Positions 15,742-24,292 of a DNA stretch of 64,000 nucleotides are shown here, in pieces. The position numbers and the translations under genes are program-made. This DNA comes from an uncultured Geomonas sp. (GTDB lineage Bacteria > Desulfobacterota > Desulfuromonadia > Geobacterales > Geobacteraceae), in NCBI GenBank assembly GCA_964519915.1, contig CAZFMI010000017.1, forward strand, positions 1,415 through 65,414, read 5' to 3'. Below the pieces are notes generated by a model. The model saw nothing but the letters and a program-made list of their open reading frames with translations. It was not told the origin of the DNA and did not search any database. The first letter of the stretch is position 1. Each line of letters opens with the position of its first letter.

Positions 15742-16368
15742 TCAGAACTTCAGCCTGAGCCCCACCGTCGCGTTGTGGCTCTCAAACTCCATCTCGGTGT
15801 CGGCAAAAGTGGCTTCGGAGGTTCGGAAGTAGCGATATCCGAGATCCAGCGACACCTGCCGGTTCAATGCGACCTCGAGTCCGGCTCCGGCCTGATAGGC
15901 GAACACCATTTCGTCGTCGGCGACATAGAAGGTCCCGAAATCGTCGTAGATCTCGCTCTGGTGCAGTGCGGCAAAACCTACCCCCCCGCCGAAGTAGGGG
16001 GTGATGGGACCTGGGCTGTGCAGGTCCACGAAGAGGTTGACCATGAACGCGGTTGCCTCCAGCCCGCCTTCTATCCCCCGAAACGTCTGCCCGGTGCCCC
16101 TGTCGGTTATGGTGTCCACGTCCGCCTCTTTGTACGAGATCTCGCCTTCGACGCGCACTGCACCGAAATCCATGCCCGCGGTGCCGCCGACGTTGAGGCC
16201 CGGATCGAACTCGATCTCCTCGTTGAAGAAGCCTGCATCAGCATCTGCAGGTATGGTCATCCCGATGAATCCTGATACATACGGCCCGACACGCGGCGGC
16301 GCCGCAGAAGAAATGGCGGGGACCGCCATAACTACGAGTACGAATATTGCCAGAATCAGCTTTTTCAT
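15742..16368 (-). CDS. Outer-membrane beta-barrel protein (OmpA-like/porin family)
   Basis: Signal peptide MKKLILAIFVLVVMAVPAISSA, alternating beta-strand pattern, and C-terminal ...VGLRLKF. Confidence 0.85.
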   Translation of the reverse strand: MKKLILAIFVLVVMAVPAISSAAPPRVGPYVSGFIGMTIPADADAGFFNEEIEFDPGLNVGGTAGMDFGAVRVEGEISYKEADVDTITDRGTGQTFRGIEGGLEATAFMVNLFVDLHSPGPITPYFGGGVGFAALHQSEIYDDFGTFYVADDEMVFAYQAGAGLEVALNRQVSLDLGYRYFRTSEATFADTEMEFESHNATVGLRLKF

Positions 16369-16450
16369 AGCCCACTCCTCCTTCTGTTTCCAAGGTTTTG
16401 TTGTCCTGTTAACAGGTCCAGCGACGACCTGTCAAGGGGTGCCGAGCCTA

Positions 16451-16597
16451 CTACTCCAACATCTCGGCAAGTATCTGATCGAGGCTCTTCCCATCATAGA
16501 GACTCTCAAGAAGCTTATGCAAGGTGGTCTGCACTCCCTTGTACTGGCAATTTGCCACCAGCTGGTTCTCCAAGATCTGAAGCTGATCTCTCGTCAT
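16451..16597 (-). CDS. Possible small ORF (48 aa; 56 aa if started at 16621)
   Basis: Hand translation gives MTRDQLQILENQLVANCQYKGVQTTLHKLLESLYDGKSLDQILAEMLE, with GGAGGG just upstream. No family recognised. Confidence 0.25.
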   Translation of the reverse strand: MTRDQLQILENQLVANCQYKGVQTTLHKLLESLYDGKSLDQILAEMLE

Positions 16598-16677
16598 GTG
16601 CCCTCCGCAATAGTTCAGCATGTCCGTATGACACCAATTCTGCCAAACGGCGGCTCACTGTCAATGCTGTTCCGTTT

Positions 16678-17118
16678 TTAACGCACCTTGCGCCGAAACC
16701 AAGCCACTACGGCATCCGCCGTTTGAGCGCCTGGAACCTGATCGACCGTCCTTCCCTTCAAAAGCAGATGCAGTACCGGTATCCCCCTTATGCCAAACCT
16801 TGAGGAGAGGGCCGGGTTTTCATCCGTGTTGACCTGTACGACCGCGGCACTTCCCGCCAGCAGTTCCGCCACCTTTCGCACCGCCGGTGCGAATGACACG
16901 CAGTGAGGTCACCAGGGGGCCCAGAACTCGGCAAGGACGGGGCCTTCATATCCGGCGATGAAGGGGTCGAAGCTCGCGTCAGTCAACGGCAGGGGGTGGA
17001 CGTAGAGCGCGGGGAGCCCGGCATGGCAGCTTCCGCACTGACCGGGGACCCCTTCCTTTTCTGCCGGCACGCGGTTGAAGGTGCCGCAGGTACTGCACTT
17101 GACCAGGTAAGACGGCAT
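16678..17118 (-). CDS. Thioredoxin-2-type (TrxC-like) protein with in-frame TGA at the first active-site Cys; probable selenoprotein
   Basis: ORFs 16909..17118 and 16678..16899 are in the same frame, separated only by TGA (16911-16909). Joined, they read ...CSTCG...CGSCH...LAEFWAPW-U-PHCVSFAPAVRKV...RFGIRGIPVL..., which is the WCGPC position of thioredoxin. Confidence 0.7.
16875..16893 (-). promoter_or_regulatory. Candidate bacterial SECIS hairpin
   Basis: The RNA UUCGCACC-GGC-GGUGCGAA forms a 7-8 bp stem starting 15 nt after the UGA. The G-rich apical loop lies about 24-25 nt downstream of the UGA. Confidence 0.5.
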
Positions 17119-17304
17119 GACGACGCTCCTTTTACGAGGGTGGCGGCTTTAACGGGAGAATTGTACCACCCCGAACACCACCCTTTGCTGCAATTAGGCC
17201 TACACCGATTCGGCGTTTAACATTTTTCCCGTTTCTGCTATTGTATGTGACTGTTTCGCCCCCCTTCCCAGGAAGGAAAAAAAATACCGGAGGTTTTACC
17301 ACAG

Positions 17305-18126
17305 ATGAAGTCCCGCATCATGCTACTGCTGCTTGCTGCCGTCCTCGTTTCCACCCAAGGCGCACAGGCGGCCGCCCCCGTCATAAAGGCCAACCCGCCG
17401 GCCATAACCCAGGGACTGAACGTCCCCATACTGCTCTACCACCGCTTCGGTCCCACAGTAGCCGATGGCATGACCATCAAGACCAGCGTATTCGAGGAGC
17501 ACCTGAAGTACCTGAAGAGCAACGGCTACACGGTCATTCCGCTTCGCAAGCTGATCGACTACTACCAAAGGAAAGGGCCGGCACCGGCTCCCAAATCGGT
17601 TGTGATCGTTGAAGATGACGCGCACAAGTCGGTTTTCACCGACATGCTCCCGCTCGCCAAGAAATACAACGTCCCGGTCACGGTATTCGTCTACCCCTCC
17701 GCCATATCCAACGCGAAATACGCCATGACCTGGGAGCAGCTGAAGATCCTCAAGAAGAACGGGTTCGATATCCAGTCCCACACCTTCTGGCACCCGAACT
17801 TCAAGCGCGACAAGAAGAAGATGACGCCGGCGGAATTCGAGAAATCGGTCCACATACAGCTGAAGAAATCCAAGGATCGACTGGAGGCTCAGCTGGGAGA
17901 GAAGGTCGACATGCTGGCGTGGCCCTTCGGCATCTACGACGATTACCTGCTCAAAAAGGCGGCGGAGGCTGGCTACGTCGCCACCTTCACCATAGAGGCG
18001 CATCACGCAGGGACCCGGGACCAGTTGATGAAACTGCCGCGCTACCTGTTGATAAATTCGGATCAGGGGAAGTCGTTCGCCCGCATCGTGGAAGGGACTG
18101 CGCCCAAAAGGAACGTGGTCTACTAA
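17305..18126 (+). CDS. Secreted polysaccharide deacetylase (NodB-homology family)
   Basis: Signal peptide MKSRIMLLLLAAVLVSTQGAQA, then PILLYHRF, IVEDDAHKS and QSHTFWHPNF. Confidence 0.85.
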   Translation: MKSRIMLLLLAAVLVSTQGAQAAAPVIKANPPAITQGLNVPILLYHRFGPTVADGMTIKTSVFEEHLKYLKSNGYTVIPLRKLIDYYQRKGPAPAPKSVVIVEDDAHKSVFTDMLPLAKKYNVPVTVFVYPSAISNAKYAMTWEQLKILKKNGFDIQSHTFWHPNFKRDKKKMTPAEFEKSVHIQLKKSKDRLEAQLGEKVDMLAWPFGIYDDYLLKKAAEAGYVATFTIEAHHAGTRDQLMKLPRYLLINSDQGKSFARIVEGTAPKRNVVY

Positions 18127-18139
18127 GGCGGAAAAGGCG

Positions 18140-18322
18140 ATGGAAGAGCGTCGGGAAAGCTGCAAGAAACACCCCTGCGCGGATTGCAGGTTCTGCCAGT
18201 GGTGCTCGGACGACCGCTGCAGCATGTGCCGGTCGCACAAAGGGTGCGGCAAAAAGCTCTCCGTCGCGGAGCAGATCGCCCTCTACGAATCCATCAACGA
18301 AAAGGGGAGGAGCACCGACTAG
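18140..18322 (+). CDS. Cys-rich small protein (60 aa)
   Basis: CKKHPCADCRFCQWCSDDRCSMCRSHKGC has 9 Cys. A strong terminator follows the gene. Confidence 0.55.
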   Translation: MEERRESCKKHPCADCRFCQWCSDDRCSMCRSHKGCGKKLSVAEQIALYESINEKGRSTD

Positions 18323-18347
18323 GCTCCTCCCCCTCACAGCACACCTG

Positions 18348-18381
18348 ATGAGCCCCTTGAAAGAGGGGCTCATTTTCGTTT
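18348..18381 (+). terminator. Rho-independent terminator
   Basis: Stem ATGAGCCCCT / AGGGGCTCAT with loop tgaaag, then TTTTCGTTT. Confidence 0.7.
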
Positions 18382-18465
18382 CCCTCTCAGGCTTGGCAGC
18401 TGCCGCAGCAAACGCCCCCTCGTAATTCCCTCAAGTCCGCCGGCGGGCAACCGAATAGTGTAGGG

Positions 18466-19062
18466 TCAGATCTCGGTCCCCTCGCGCACCTGGACGCTCC
18501 TCACCCCTGCACGGGGCTTGGCCCCGGTCAGCTCGCGGTACAGCGACGAGAGATACCTGACGGTAACCACCTTGTGGAAGTAGGACTGGGTCAAACCGTA
18601 GAAGAGCTTGCGGATTGCCGAGGGGGTACTGCTCCCCAAAAGGAGCGGGCAGTAGTCCGAGAGCTGCACGGTGACGCGGATCGCCTCTCCCCGGACTTCG
18701 CTGATCAGGGAGAACATCCCCCTGTCGCATTCCCCGGGCTGCACCAGGAAACCGCCGCTGATGTAAAGGTGCACCGCCTCCCCTGCCTCTTGCGGCTCGT
18801 TGCATGGGGGTGCAAAACTCAGCAGGGCAAACCTGCTGGACATAAGGCGGAACCGGACCCCCTCCGCGATCGCCGTAGGCCTTATCAGGCCCAGGGTGCA
18901 CCGGGTTACCACCTTGAAGTAATGCTGCAGCAGGAAGTGCGCGTTGACGCGGGAGGCGACGGAGACGGGGAGATCGACCCACTGCACCGAATAAACGGAC
19001 GCATCGGGAAGCAGGATCTGCTGACAGGCGATTTCCAGCTCATGCTGTTTCGGATCGGACAT
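18466..19062 (-). CDS. Conserved hypothetical protein
   Basis: Start moved to MSDPKQHELE (ATG 19062, GGAG upstream). No family recognised. Confidence 0.7.
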   Translation of the reverse strand: MSDPKQHELEIACQQILLPDASVYSVQWVDLPVSVASRVNAHFLLQHYFKVVTRCTLGLIRPTAIAEGVRFRLMSSRFALLSFAPPCNEPQEAGEAVHLYISGGFLVQPGECDRGMFSLISEVRGEAIRVTVQLSDYCPLLLGSSTPSAIRKLFYGLTQSYFHKVVTVRYLSSLYRELTGAKPRAGVRSVQVREGTEI

Positions 19063-19190
19063 CACGTACTCCGGAAGCAATGCAGTGCGGGCATATTGAC
19101 AACGATATCAGGATAGCATGCACGGCTGGCTGCTGACCATGCCTATGACAATGAAGGGGCAGGAGCGAGCCGAGGGAAAGGGGAGAAGTC

Positions 19191-19598
19191 ATGGAAATGG
19201 TCGAGTGGTCCGAAAATCTGAGCGTAGGAATCGCCATGATAGACGAGCAGCATGGCAAACTCATACAGTTGATGGGTGAACTCCATGACGCCATCAAGAG
19301 AAACGAGGCGGCGGACATGATCGAGGATATCCTCACCAACCTCTTCAACTATGCCCAGGTACATTTCGCCGCCGAGGAGGAGCTCTTCAGAAAGCACAAG
19401 TACCCCGAGATGGCCCTGCATGAACTCGAACACCAGAGGTTCATAGCCAAGGCGTTTGCCTTCAAGGAGAGGCTGAACGCCAAAAAGCCGGGGCTCTCGC
19501 TGGAGCTGCTGACCTTCCTCTCCAGTTGGGTGCTGAACCATATCGAGCTGACGGACAAGCGCTACTCAAGGCACCTGCACGACTGCGGGGAGCGCTGA
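19191..19598 (+). CDS. Bacteriohemerythrin
   Basis: VEWSENLSVGIAMIDEQHGKLI..., HFAAEEELF, HELEHQRF and WVLNHIELTDKRY carry the hemerythrin His/Glu/Asp ligand pattern. Confidence 0.9.
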   Translation: MEMVEWSENLSVGIAMIDEQHGKLIQLMGELHDAIKRNEAADMIEDILTNLFNYAQVHFAAEEELFRKHKYPEMALHELEHQRFIAKAFAFKERLNAKKPGLSLELLTFLSSWVLNHIELTDKRYSRHLHDCGER

Positions 19599-19599
19599 T

Positions 19600-19630
19600 C
19601 CGCACCTCCGCACCTCCGCACCTCCGCACC
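19600..19630. repeat. Octanucleotide tandem repeat (CCGCACCT x3 plus a partial copy)
   Basis: Read directly, immediately after the hemerythrin stop codon. Confidence 0.9.
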
Positions 19631-19696
19631 CGCCTCCCCTGCCGCCCGGCAGGTCCCGCCGGCCAAGCCCCTGGGCCTGCCGGGGCGCTTGCGCCC

Positions 19697-20896
19697 TTAC
19701 CCCTTCACGCAGATCGCGTACTTGAGATAGCGCCCCTCCGGGAAGGTGACCGGGTAGGGAAAATCCTCAGGCTGCCCGCTCATGGAGATGACCTGCAGCT
19801 GGCTCCCGGCCTGCAGCGCGCCGCGGCGCAACTCCTTCAGATAGTCGGCCAGGTCCACCTTCTGGTGGTTCGAGGAGGCGATGAGCACCCCCCCCGTCTT
19901 GAGGAGCCTCAGCGCGGCGGCCACCAGGTCAGCCGTCCCCCCGCGTGTCGTAAAGCGGCTCTTGGCCGTGGTCGAGAAGGAAGGGGGATCCATCAGGATC
20001 ACGTCGTAGCACTTCGATTGCCGCCCCATCTCGTCCAGCACGGCGAGACAGTCCCCTACCAGGAATTCGTGACGCTTCGGGTTGAGCCGGTTCAGGCTGA
20101 AGTTGCCGCGGGCCTGCTCCATGTATCCTGGGGAGGCGTCCACGCTGGTCACCAGGCTCGCTCCAGCCGCCGCGGCCGCGACGGAGAAGGCGCCGGTGTA
20201 GGAGAACAGGTTCAAAAACCGCTTCCCCTTTACCCGCGCCATCAGGTCGCGCCGGTTCTTGCGCTGATCCAGAAAGAGCCCCGTGTTCAGCCCCCGCTCC
20301 AGGCTCACCTGGAAGGAGAGCCCGTTCTCCAGCACCTGGAGCGGCTCGGGAGCGGGCTTTCCGGACAGGAGGTTGCCGTACTTCTTGTTATCCCCCTCCG
20401 ACTCCAGCTCCCGCGTGTTTTGCGGGCGGCTCTTCTCGTAGATCCCGGCCGGCGCCAGCAGCTCGTCCAGCGCCTGGATCAAGAGCTTCATGTGCCTGCG
20501 CCACCCGGCGCAGTAAAGCTGCACCATGAGGTAATCGCCGTAGCGATCCACGGTAAGTCCGGGGAGCCCGTCCCCCTCCCCGTTCACCAAGCGGTAGGCG
20601 TCGGTGTCGCCAAGCTCGGCATGGTTCTTACGCAGGGCGATCGCCCTTTCCAGGCGCTGCTTAAACCAGCCTCGGTCCAGTCGCATCCGCTCACGCGACA
20701 GCACCCGGGCCACGATCCGGTCTTTCGGGTCCAGAAGCGCCAAAGCGAGGAAACGCCCGGAGGGGTCCACCAGCTCGACGAGATCCCCCGCCTCTGCCGA
20801 GGGCCATTTCCTGGTGTAGGAGTCGGCGATGATCCAGGGGTGTCCCAGCTCGATCATCCTGACGGATTCGGGTCCTACCATGCACGCTTTCGACAT
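19697..20896 (-). CDS. rlmI: SAM-dependent 23S rRNA (cytosine-C5) methyltransferase, RlmI-like (PUA + MTase)
   Basis: GHPWIIADS, YRLVNGEGDGLPGLTVDRYGDYLMVQ, FLNLFSYTGAFSV and DVILMDPPSF. The start is uncertain (20896 or 20881). Confidence 0.85.
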   Translation of the reverse strand: MSKACMVGPESVRMIELGHPWIIADSYTRKWPSAEAGDLVELVDPSGRFLALALLDPKDRIVARVLSRERMRLDRGWFKQRLERAIALRKNHAELGDTDAYRLVNGEGDGLPGLTVDRYGDYLMVQLYCAGWRRHMKLLIQALDELLAPAGIYEKSRPQNTRELESEGDNKKYGNLLSGKPAPEPLQVLENGLSFQVSLERGLNTGLFLDQRKNRRDLMARVKGKRFLNLFSYTGAFSVAAAAAGASLVTSVDASPGYMEQARGNFSLNRLNPKRHEFLVGDCLAVLDEMGRQSKCYDVILMDPPSFSTTAKSRFTTRGGTADLVAAALRLLKTGGVLIASSNHQKVDLADYLKELRRGALQAGSQLQVISMSGQPEDFPYPVTFPEGRYLKYAICVKG

Positions 20897-21013
20897 CAAA
20901 TTCCCCTGCAAAAAACAGAGGGGCGGAGATCCCGGCCGGGGTGCTCCGCCCCTTGGTTAAGGGTGGTACTCTTCTTGTCGCTGCCTGGCCGCCGGCTGCC
21001 CGGCTTGCGGCTT

Positions 21014-21388
21014 TTAGTGAACCTGCTTGCCCTGCTCGGCGGCCATGGCGGCCCTTGCCTGCTCCAGCGCCTCCATCTCCTTAAGCTTCTCACCCAGCCA
21101 GTAATGCAGTTCGCGGGCGGTCTGGTAGTTGACCACGACGCCGTTGATCACCTGGCGCACCAGGCTGCGGCTCAGATCGGACGGCTCCACATCGGTCTCG
21201 GGACCGATGGTGCCTGCAGCGGTGATCTCGTGGGCGATGGAGTTCGGCAGCGGCTGGCGCTCGAGGTAGAAGTTCATCACCAGCTCGCCGCGCGGGGAGA
21301 TGCCGCCGTGGGCCCCGTTGACGTAGACGGGGTTGTAGTCGTATTGGAAGATGTATTTAAAGGTCATCTCGTTTTTCTTGTTGGACAT
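21014..21388 (-). CDS. Hypothetical protein (possibly DUF3467-like)
   Basis: Clean 124 aa ORF with ATG start. The family guess is from recollection only. Confidence 0.65.
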   Translation of the reverse strand: MSNKKNEMTFKYIFQYDYNPVYVNGAHGGISPRGELVMNFYLERQPLPNSIAHEITAAGTIGPETDVEPSDLSRSLVRQVINGVVVNYQTARELHYWLGEKLKEMEALEQARAAMAAEQGKQVH

Positions 21389-21537
21389 GTCTGCTCTCCT
21401 TTGATCGATGGCATTGTAGAACTGCTTGCGCTTTATAGCACGGAGCGGAGGCTCAAAGCAAACAAGAATGAAGCCCGCGCTAATCTTTCCTGGCTGCAGA
21501 CGCTTGCTTCAACAGGCAAGCCGGCGGCCCCGCGGCC

Positions 21538-23160
21538 TCAGGCGTGGTGGGTCTTCGAGAGGTAGTAGTCGTAGTTCCCCTCGTAAAGGCGCATCTCGCC
21601 GTGGTCCACCTCGATGACCCGGTCCACCAGCAGGCGCAGGAAGTGCCGGTCGTGGCTCACCAGGATGACGGTCCCCGCGAAGTTGTCCAGCGCGTTCAAA
21701 AGGATCTCGCGCGAGCGGATATCCAGGTGGTTGGTCGGCTCGTCAAGGACCAGGAAGTTCACCGGCCGCGCCAGGAGCGTCGCCAGCACCACCCTGCTCT
21801 TCTCGCCGCCGGAGAGGTTTTCTATCCTCTTGTCCACGTCGTCCCCCTGGAACAGGAAGGAGCCCAGCAGGTTGCGGATCACGCCGATGGTGGCAAGCGG
21901 TATCACGTCCTGCACCGTCTCGAAGATGGTCTTCTTGGGATCGAGGACCTCCATGGCGTGCTGGCTGAAGTAGCCGAGCTCGACGTTCGCCCCGAGTGCC
22001 ACGCTCCCCTCGCTCGGCTCGGTCTCCCCGGCAATGACCTTCAGGAAGGTCGATTTGCCCGCGCCGTTCACACCGACCACGGCGATCTTGCTGAGTCTTT
22101 TCACCACCCCGGTCACGCCGGAGAAGATCGGCTGCATCCCGCCGTCGGGCTGCTGCCAGCTCTTTCCGAGGTTGTTCATGGCCACCACGTCGTCGCCGCT
22201 TCTGGGGGGGGCGGCGAATTCGAAGCGGACCACCCTCTCCTCGGGGGGGATCTCGATCCGGTCGATCTTCTCGATCTTCTTCACCCTGGACTGCACCTGC
22301 GCCGCGTGCGAGGCGCGGGCGGCGAAACGGGAGATGAATTCCTCCTCCTTGGCGAGCATCTCCTGCTGGCGCTTGTGGCTTGCGAGCAGCTGCTCGCGGC
22401 GGATGTCGCGCTCCCTCTCGTAGAAGTCGTAGTTGCCGCCGTAGGTGGTCACCGTCTTGTTGGCCACCTCGATGATCCTGCTCACCACCCGGTTCATGAA
22501 ATCACGGTCGTGGCTGGTCATCAGGAGCGCACCCTTGTACTCGTTGGCAAGCCACTCCTCGAGCCAGATGATCGATTCGACGTCCAGGTGGTTGGTCGGC
22601 TCGTCAAGAAGGAGCACGTCCGGCTGCAGGGTGAGTATGCCGGCAAGCGCCACGCGCATGCGCCATCCGCCGGAGAAGGACTCCACCGGATTGTGGAAGC
22701 GGTCGGGGCCGACCCCGAGACCGGTCAGCACCTCCTGGGCACGGGAGTCGAGATCGTACCCTCCCCTGTGCTCGAATTCCTCCATGGCTGCCCCGTAGCG
22801 TGCCAGGAGCGCCTCCATGTCGCCGTCCGACATGGGGAGCCCCATCTGCTCCTCCATCTGCTTCAGTTCACCGGAGAGCCGCACCGTTTCCGCCGAGACC
22901 GCCATCACCTCGTCCAGCGCGGACCGCCCGCACATGTCCCCGATGTCCTGCGAGAAGTAGCCGATGGTGGTCTTCTTGGCGACGGTCATCTCGCCGGCAT
23001 CGACCTCTTCCTCACCGGTGATGATCCTGAAGAGCGAGGTCTTGCCGGCGCCGTTGGGGCCGACCAGGCCGGTCCTGGTACCGGAGAGTATCTGGAAGCT
23101 CGCGTCGCGGAACAGCACCTGCGAGCCGTGCTGCTTGGTGATATTGGACAGATGGATCAT
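21538..23160 (-). CDS. ABC-F family ATPase (two ABC domains, no transmembrane domain)
   Basis: Two Walker A sites (GPNGAGKTS, GVNGAGKST), two LSGG signatures (FSGGWRMR, LSGGEKSR) and an inter-domain linker. Confidence 0.9.
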   Translation of the reverse strand: MIHLSNITKQHGSQVLFRDASFQILSGTRTGLVGPNGAGKTSLFRIITGEEEVDAGEMTVAKKTTIGYFSQDIGDMCGRSALDEVMAVSAETVRLSGELKQMEEQMGLPMSDGDMEALLARYGAAMEEFEHRGGYDLDSRAQEVLTGLGVGPDRFHNPVESFSGGWRMRVALAGILTLQPDVLLLDEPTNHLDVESIIWLEEWLANEYKGALLMTSHDRDFMNRVVSRIIEVANKTVTTYGGNYDFYERERDIRREQLLASHKRQQEMLAKEEEFISRFAARASHAAQVQSRVKKIEKIDRIEIPPEERVVRFEFAAPPRSGDDVVAMNNLGKSWQQPDGGMQPIFSGVTGVVKRLSKIAVVGVNGAGKSTFLKVIAGETEPSEGSVALGANVELGYFSQHAMEVLDPKKTIFETVQDVIPLATIGVIRNLLGSFLFQGDDVDKRIENLSGGEKSRVVLATLLARPVNFLVLDEPTNHLDIRSREILLNALDNFAGTVILVSHDRHFLRLLVDRVIEVDHGEMRLYEGNYDYYLSKTHHA

Positions 23161-23517
23161 GCATTCTCCCTGGGCTGAATTCGCAACTGTCCAGCGTTAG
23201 CATGAAGAGGCTCTAGTGACAACTTAAATTTTCCAAAGGATGCCGGGATTTGACTGGCGCGAGCCTAGGAGAAGCTAATTAGGCGAGACTACTGCGCTAT
23301 AACGCGTACTTGACCGCGCCAAAAGTGTCCAAATGGCGCACCGGGAGTCCCCCCCCTCCACCGAGGGTGACCGCTGCGAAACGATCCCGTCTGCCGGGTA
23401 AGGTGCCGTAATCACTTCGATCCATCGGTTAATTAGAGATAATGTGGTCAGGCTGGCATTTGGGCCCCCTTTGTGCTAATCACAGGGTATCCAGCGGCAA
23501 GGAAAAAGGAGGGAACG

Positions 23518-23895
23518 ATGAACATTTTCACCGCGCTGATGATAACCGTCACCTTGACCATGACTGCAGTCATGGTCCCCAGGATCTACCTTTCCTGGCT
23601 CATGGCGGAGGAGCATCGCCTTGAGGGAGAGGTCGAGGCATTGCAGAACCTTCTTGCCGAGCAGAACCGGTGGGTAGGGCGACAGTTTTTTTGCGGGAGT
23701 GCTGCCTTCGCCCTGGTCTGGATGGTGAAGACGTCCCGGCACGACCTGGACATACCCGCCTCGATGGCGGCGGCCCTGGCGGCCTACGCGGTCATATCCA
23801 TGTTCTTCGCGGTCCTGGAGGGGCTGGTGGCACAGAAGGTCTCGTCGTCACTGGACAGTGTGCCGGTTGTGGTGAAGGTGAGGGAAGAAAACTGA
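23518..23895 (+). CDS. Hypothetical membrane protein
   Basis: Start at MNIFTALMITV with GGAGGG upstream. Several hydrophobic segments. Confidence 0.6.
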   Translation: MNIFTALMITVTLTMTAVMVPRIYLSWLMAEEHRLEGEVEALQNLLAEQNRWVGRQFFCGSAAFALVWMVKTSRHDLDIPASMAAALAAYAVISMFFAVLEGLVAQKVSSSLDSVPVVVKVREEN

Positions 23896-23915
23896 GGTTG
23901 GTCTCGCGGCCTCCG

Positions 23916-24149
23916 CTAGCGCCGCTTCTGGAAGAATTCCACTACGCGCCGCAGCAGGTTGGCGGCATAAATCGAAACGAACATGATGAGGGCGATGTTG
24001 ACGAAACGGGCCCAGATGGGGTCCGGCACCGGGGCCTGCCTTCCTGCATTGCTGTAGAGGTACCAACCGCAAAGCAGTGCGCCCATGATGCCCCCCCCGA
24101 TAACGAAGGGGCGCCTGAGCTTCGAGATCTCTTTTCGCTGTGGTTGCAA
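23916..24149 (-). CDS. Small two-TM membrane protein downstream of yggS
   Basis: Proposed TTG start at 24149 with AGGAG 6 nt upstream. TM segments PFVIGGGIMGALLCGWYLY and FVNIALIMFVSIYAANLL. The track ORF extends to 24269. Confidence 0.4.
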   Translation of the reverse strand: MQPQRKEISKLRRPFVIGGGIMGALLCGWYLYSNAGRQAPVPDPIWARFVNIALIMFVSIYAANLLRRVVEFFQKRR

Positions 24150-24158
24150 GTGACGCTC

Positions 24159-24190
24159 CTGGTGGAACTGGTGGAACTGGTGGAACTGGT
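24159..24190. repeat. 9 bp tandem repeat (CTGGTGGAA x3 plus a partial copy)
   Basis: Read directly. It lies immediately 5' of the proposed start of the small membrane gene, or would encode QFHQFHQFHQ if the long ORF is real. Confidence 0.9.
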
Positions 24191-24292
24191 AGACAATGGT
24201 TCGGTGGACGTGGTGGGCCCGAATGGGACCCGATGGACCTGCCACTTCGGCTGGCCCTCCTCCTGACAAGGGAAAGGGGATGCTTTCCTCTG

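Noticed and set aside
16678-17118. Treating 16909..17118 and 16678..16899 as two independent small genes or a simple pseudogene
   Set aside because: They share a frame, and the only interruption is TGA exactly at the thioredoxin active-site Cys, with a hairpin 15 nt downstream. Sec read-through is the more parsimonious reading, although a pseudogene is not excluded.
19526-21565. 679 aa + strand ORF
   Set aside because: It is antisense to the clearly motif-bearing RlmI-like and 124 aa genes. The product is Arg/Gly/Pro/His/Leu-rich and low-complexity with no recognisable motif, a typical high-GC antisense artefact.
21544-23178. 544 aa + strand ORF
   Set aside because: It is antisense to the ABC-F ATPase, which has two Walker A and two LSGG motifs on the minus strand.
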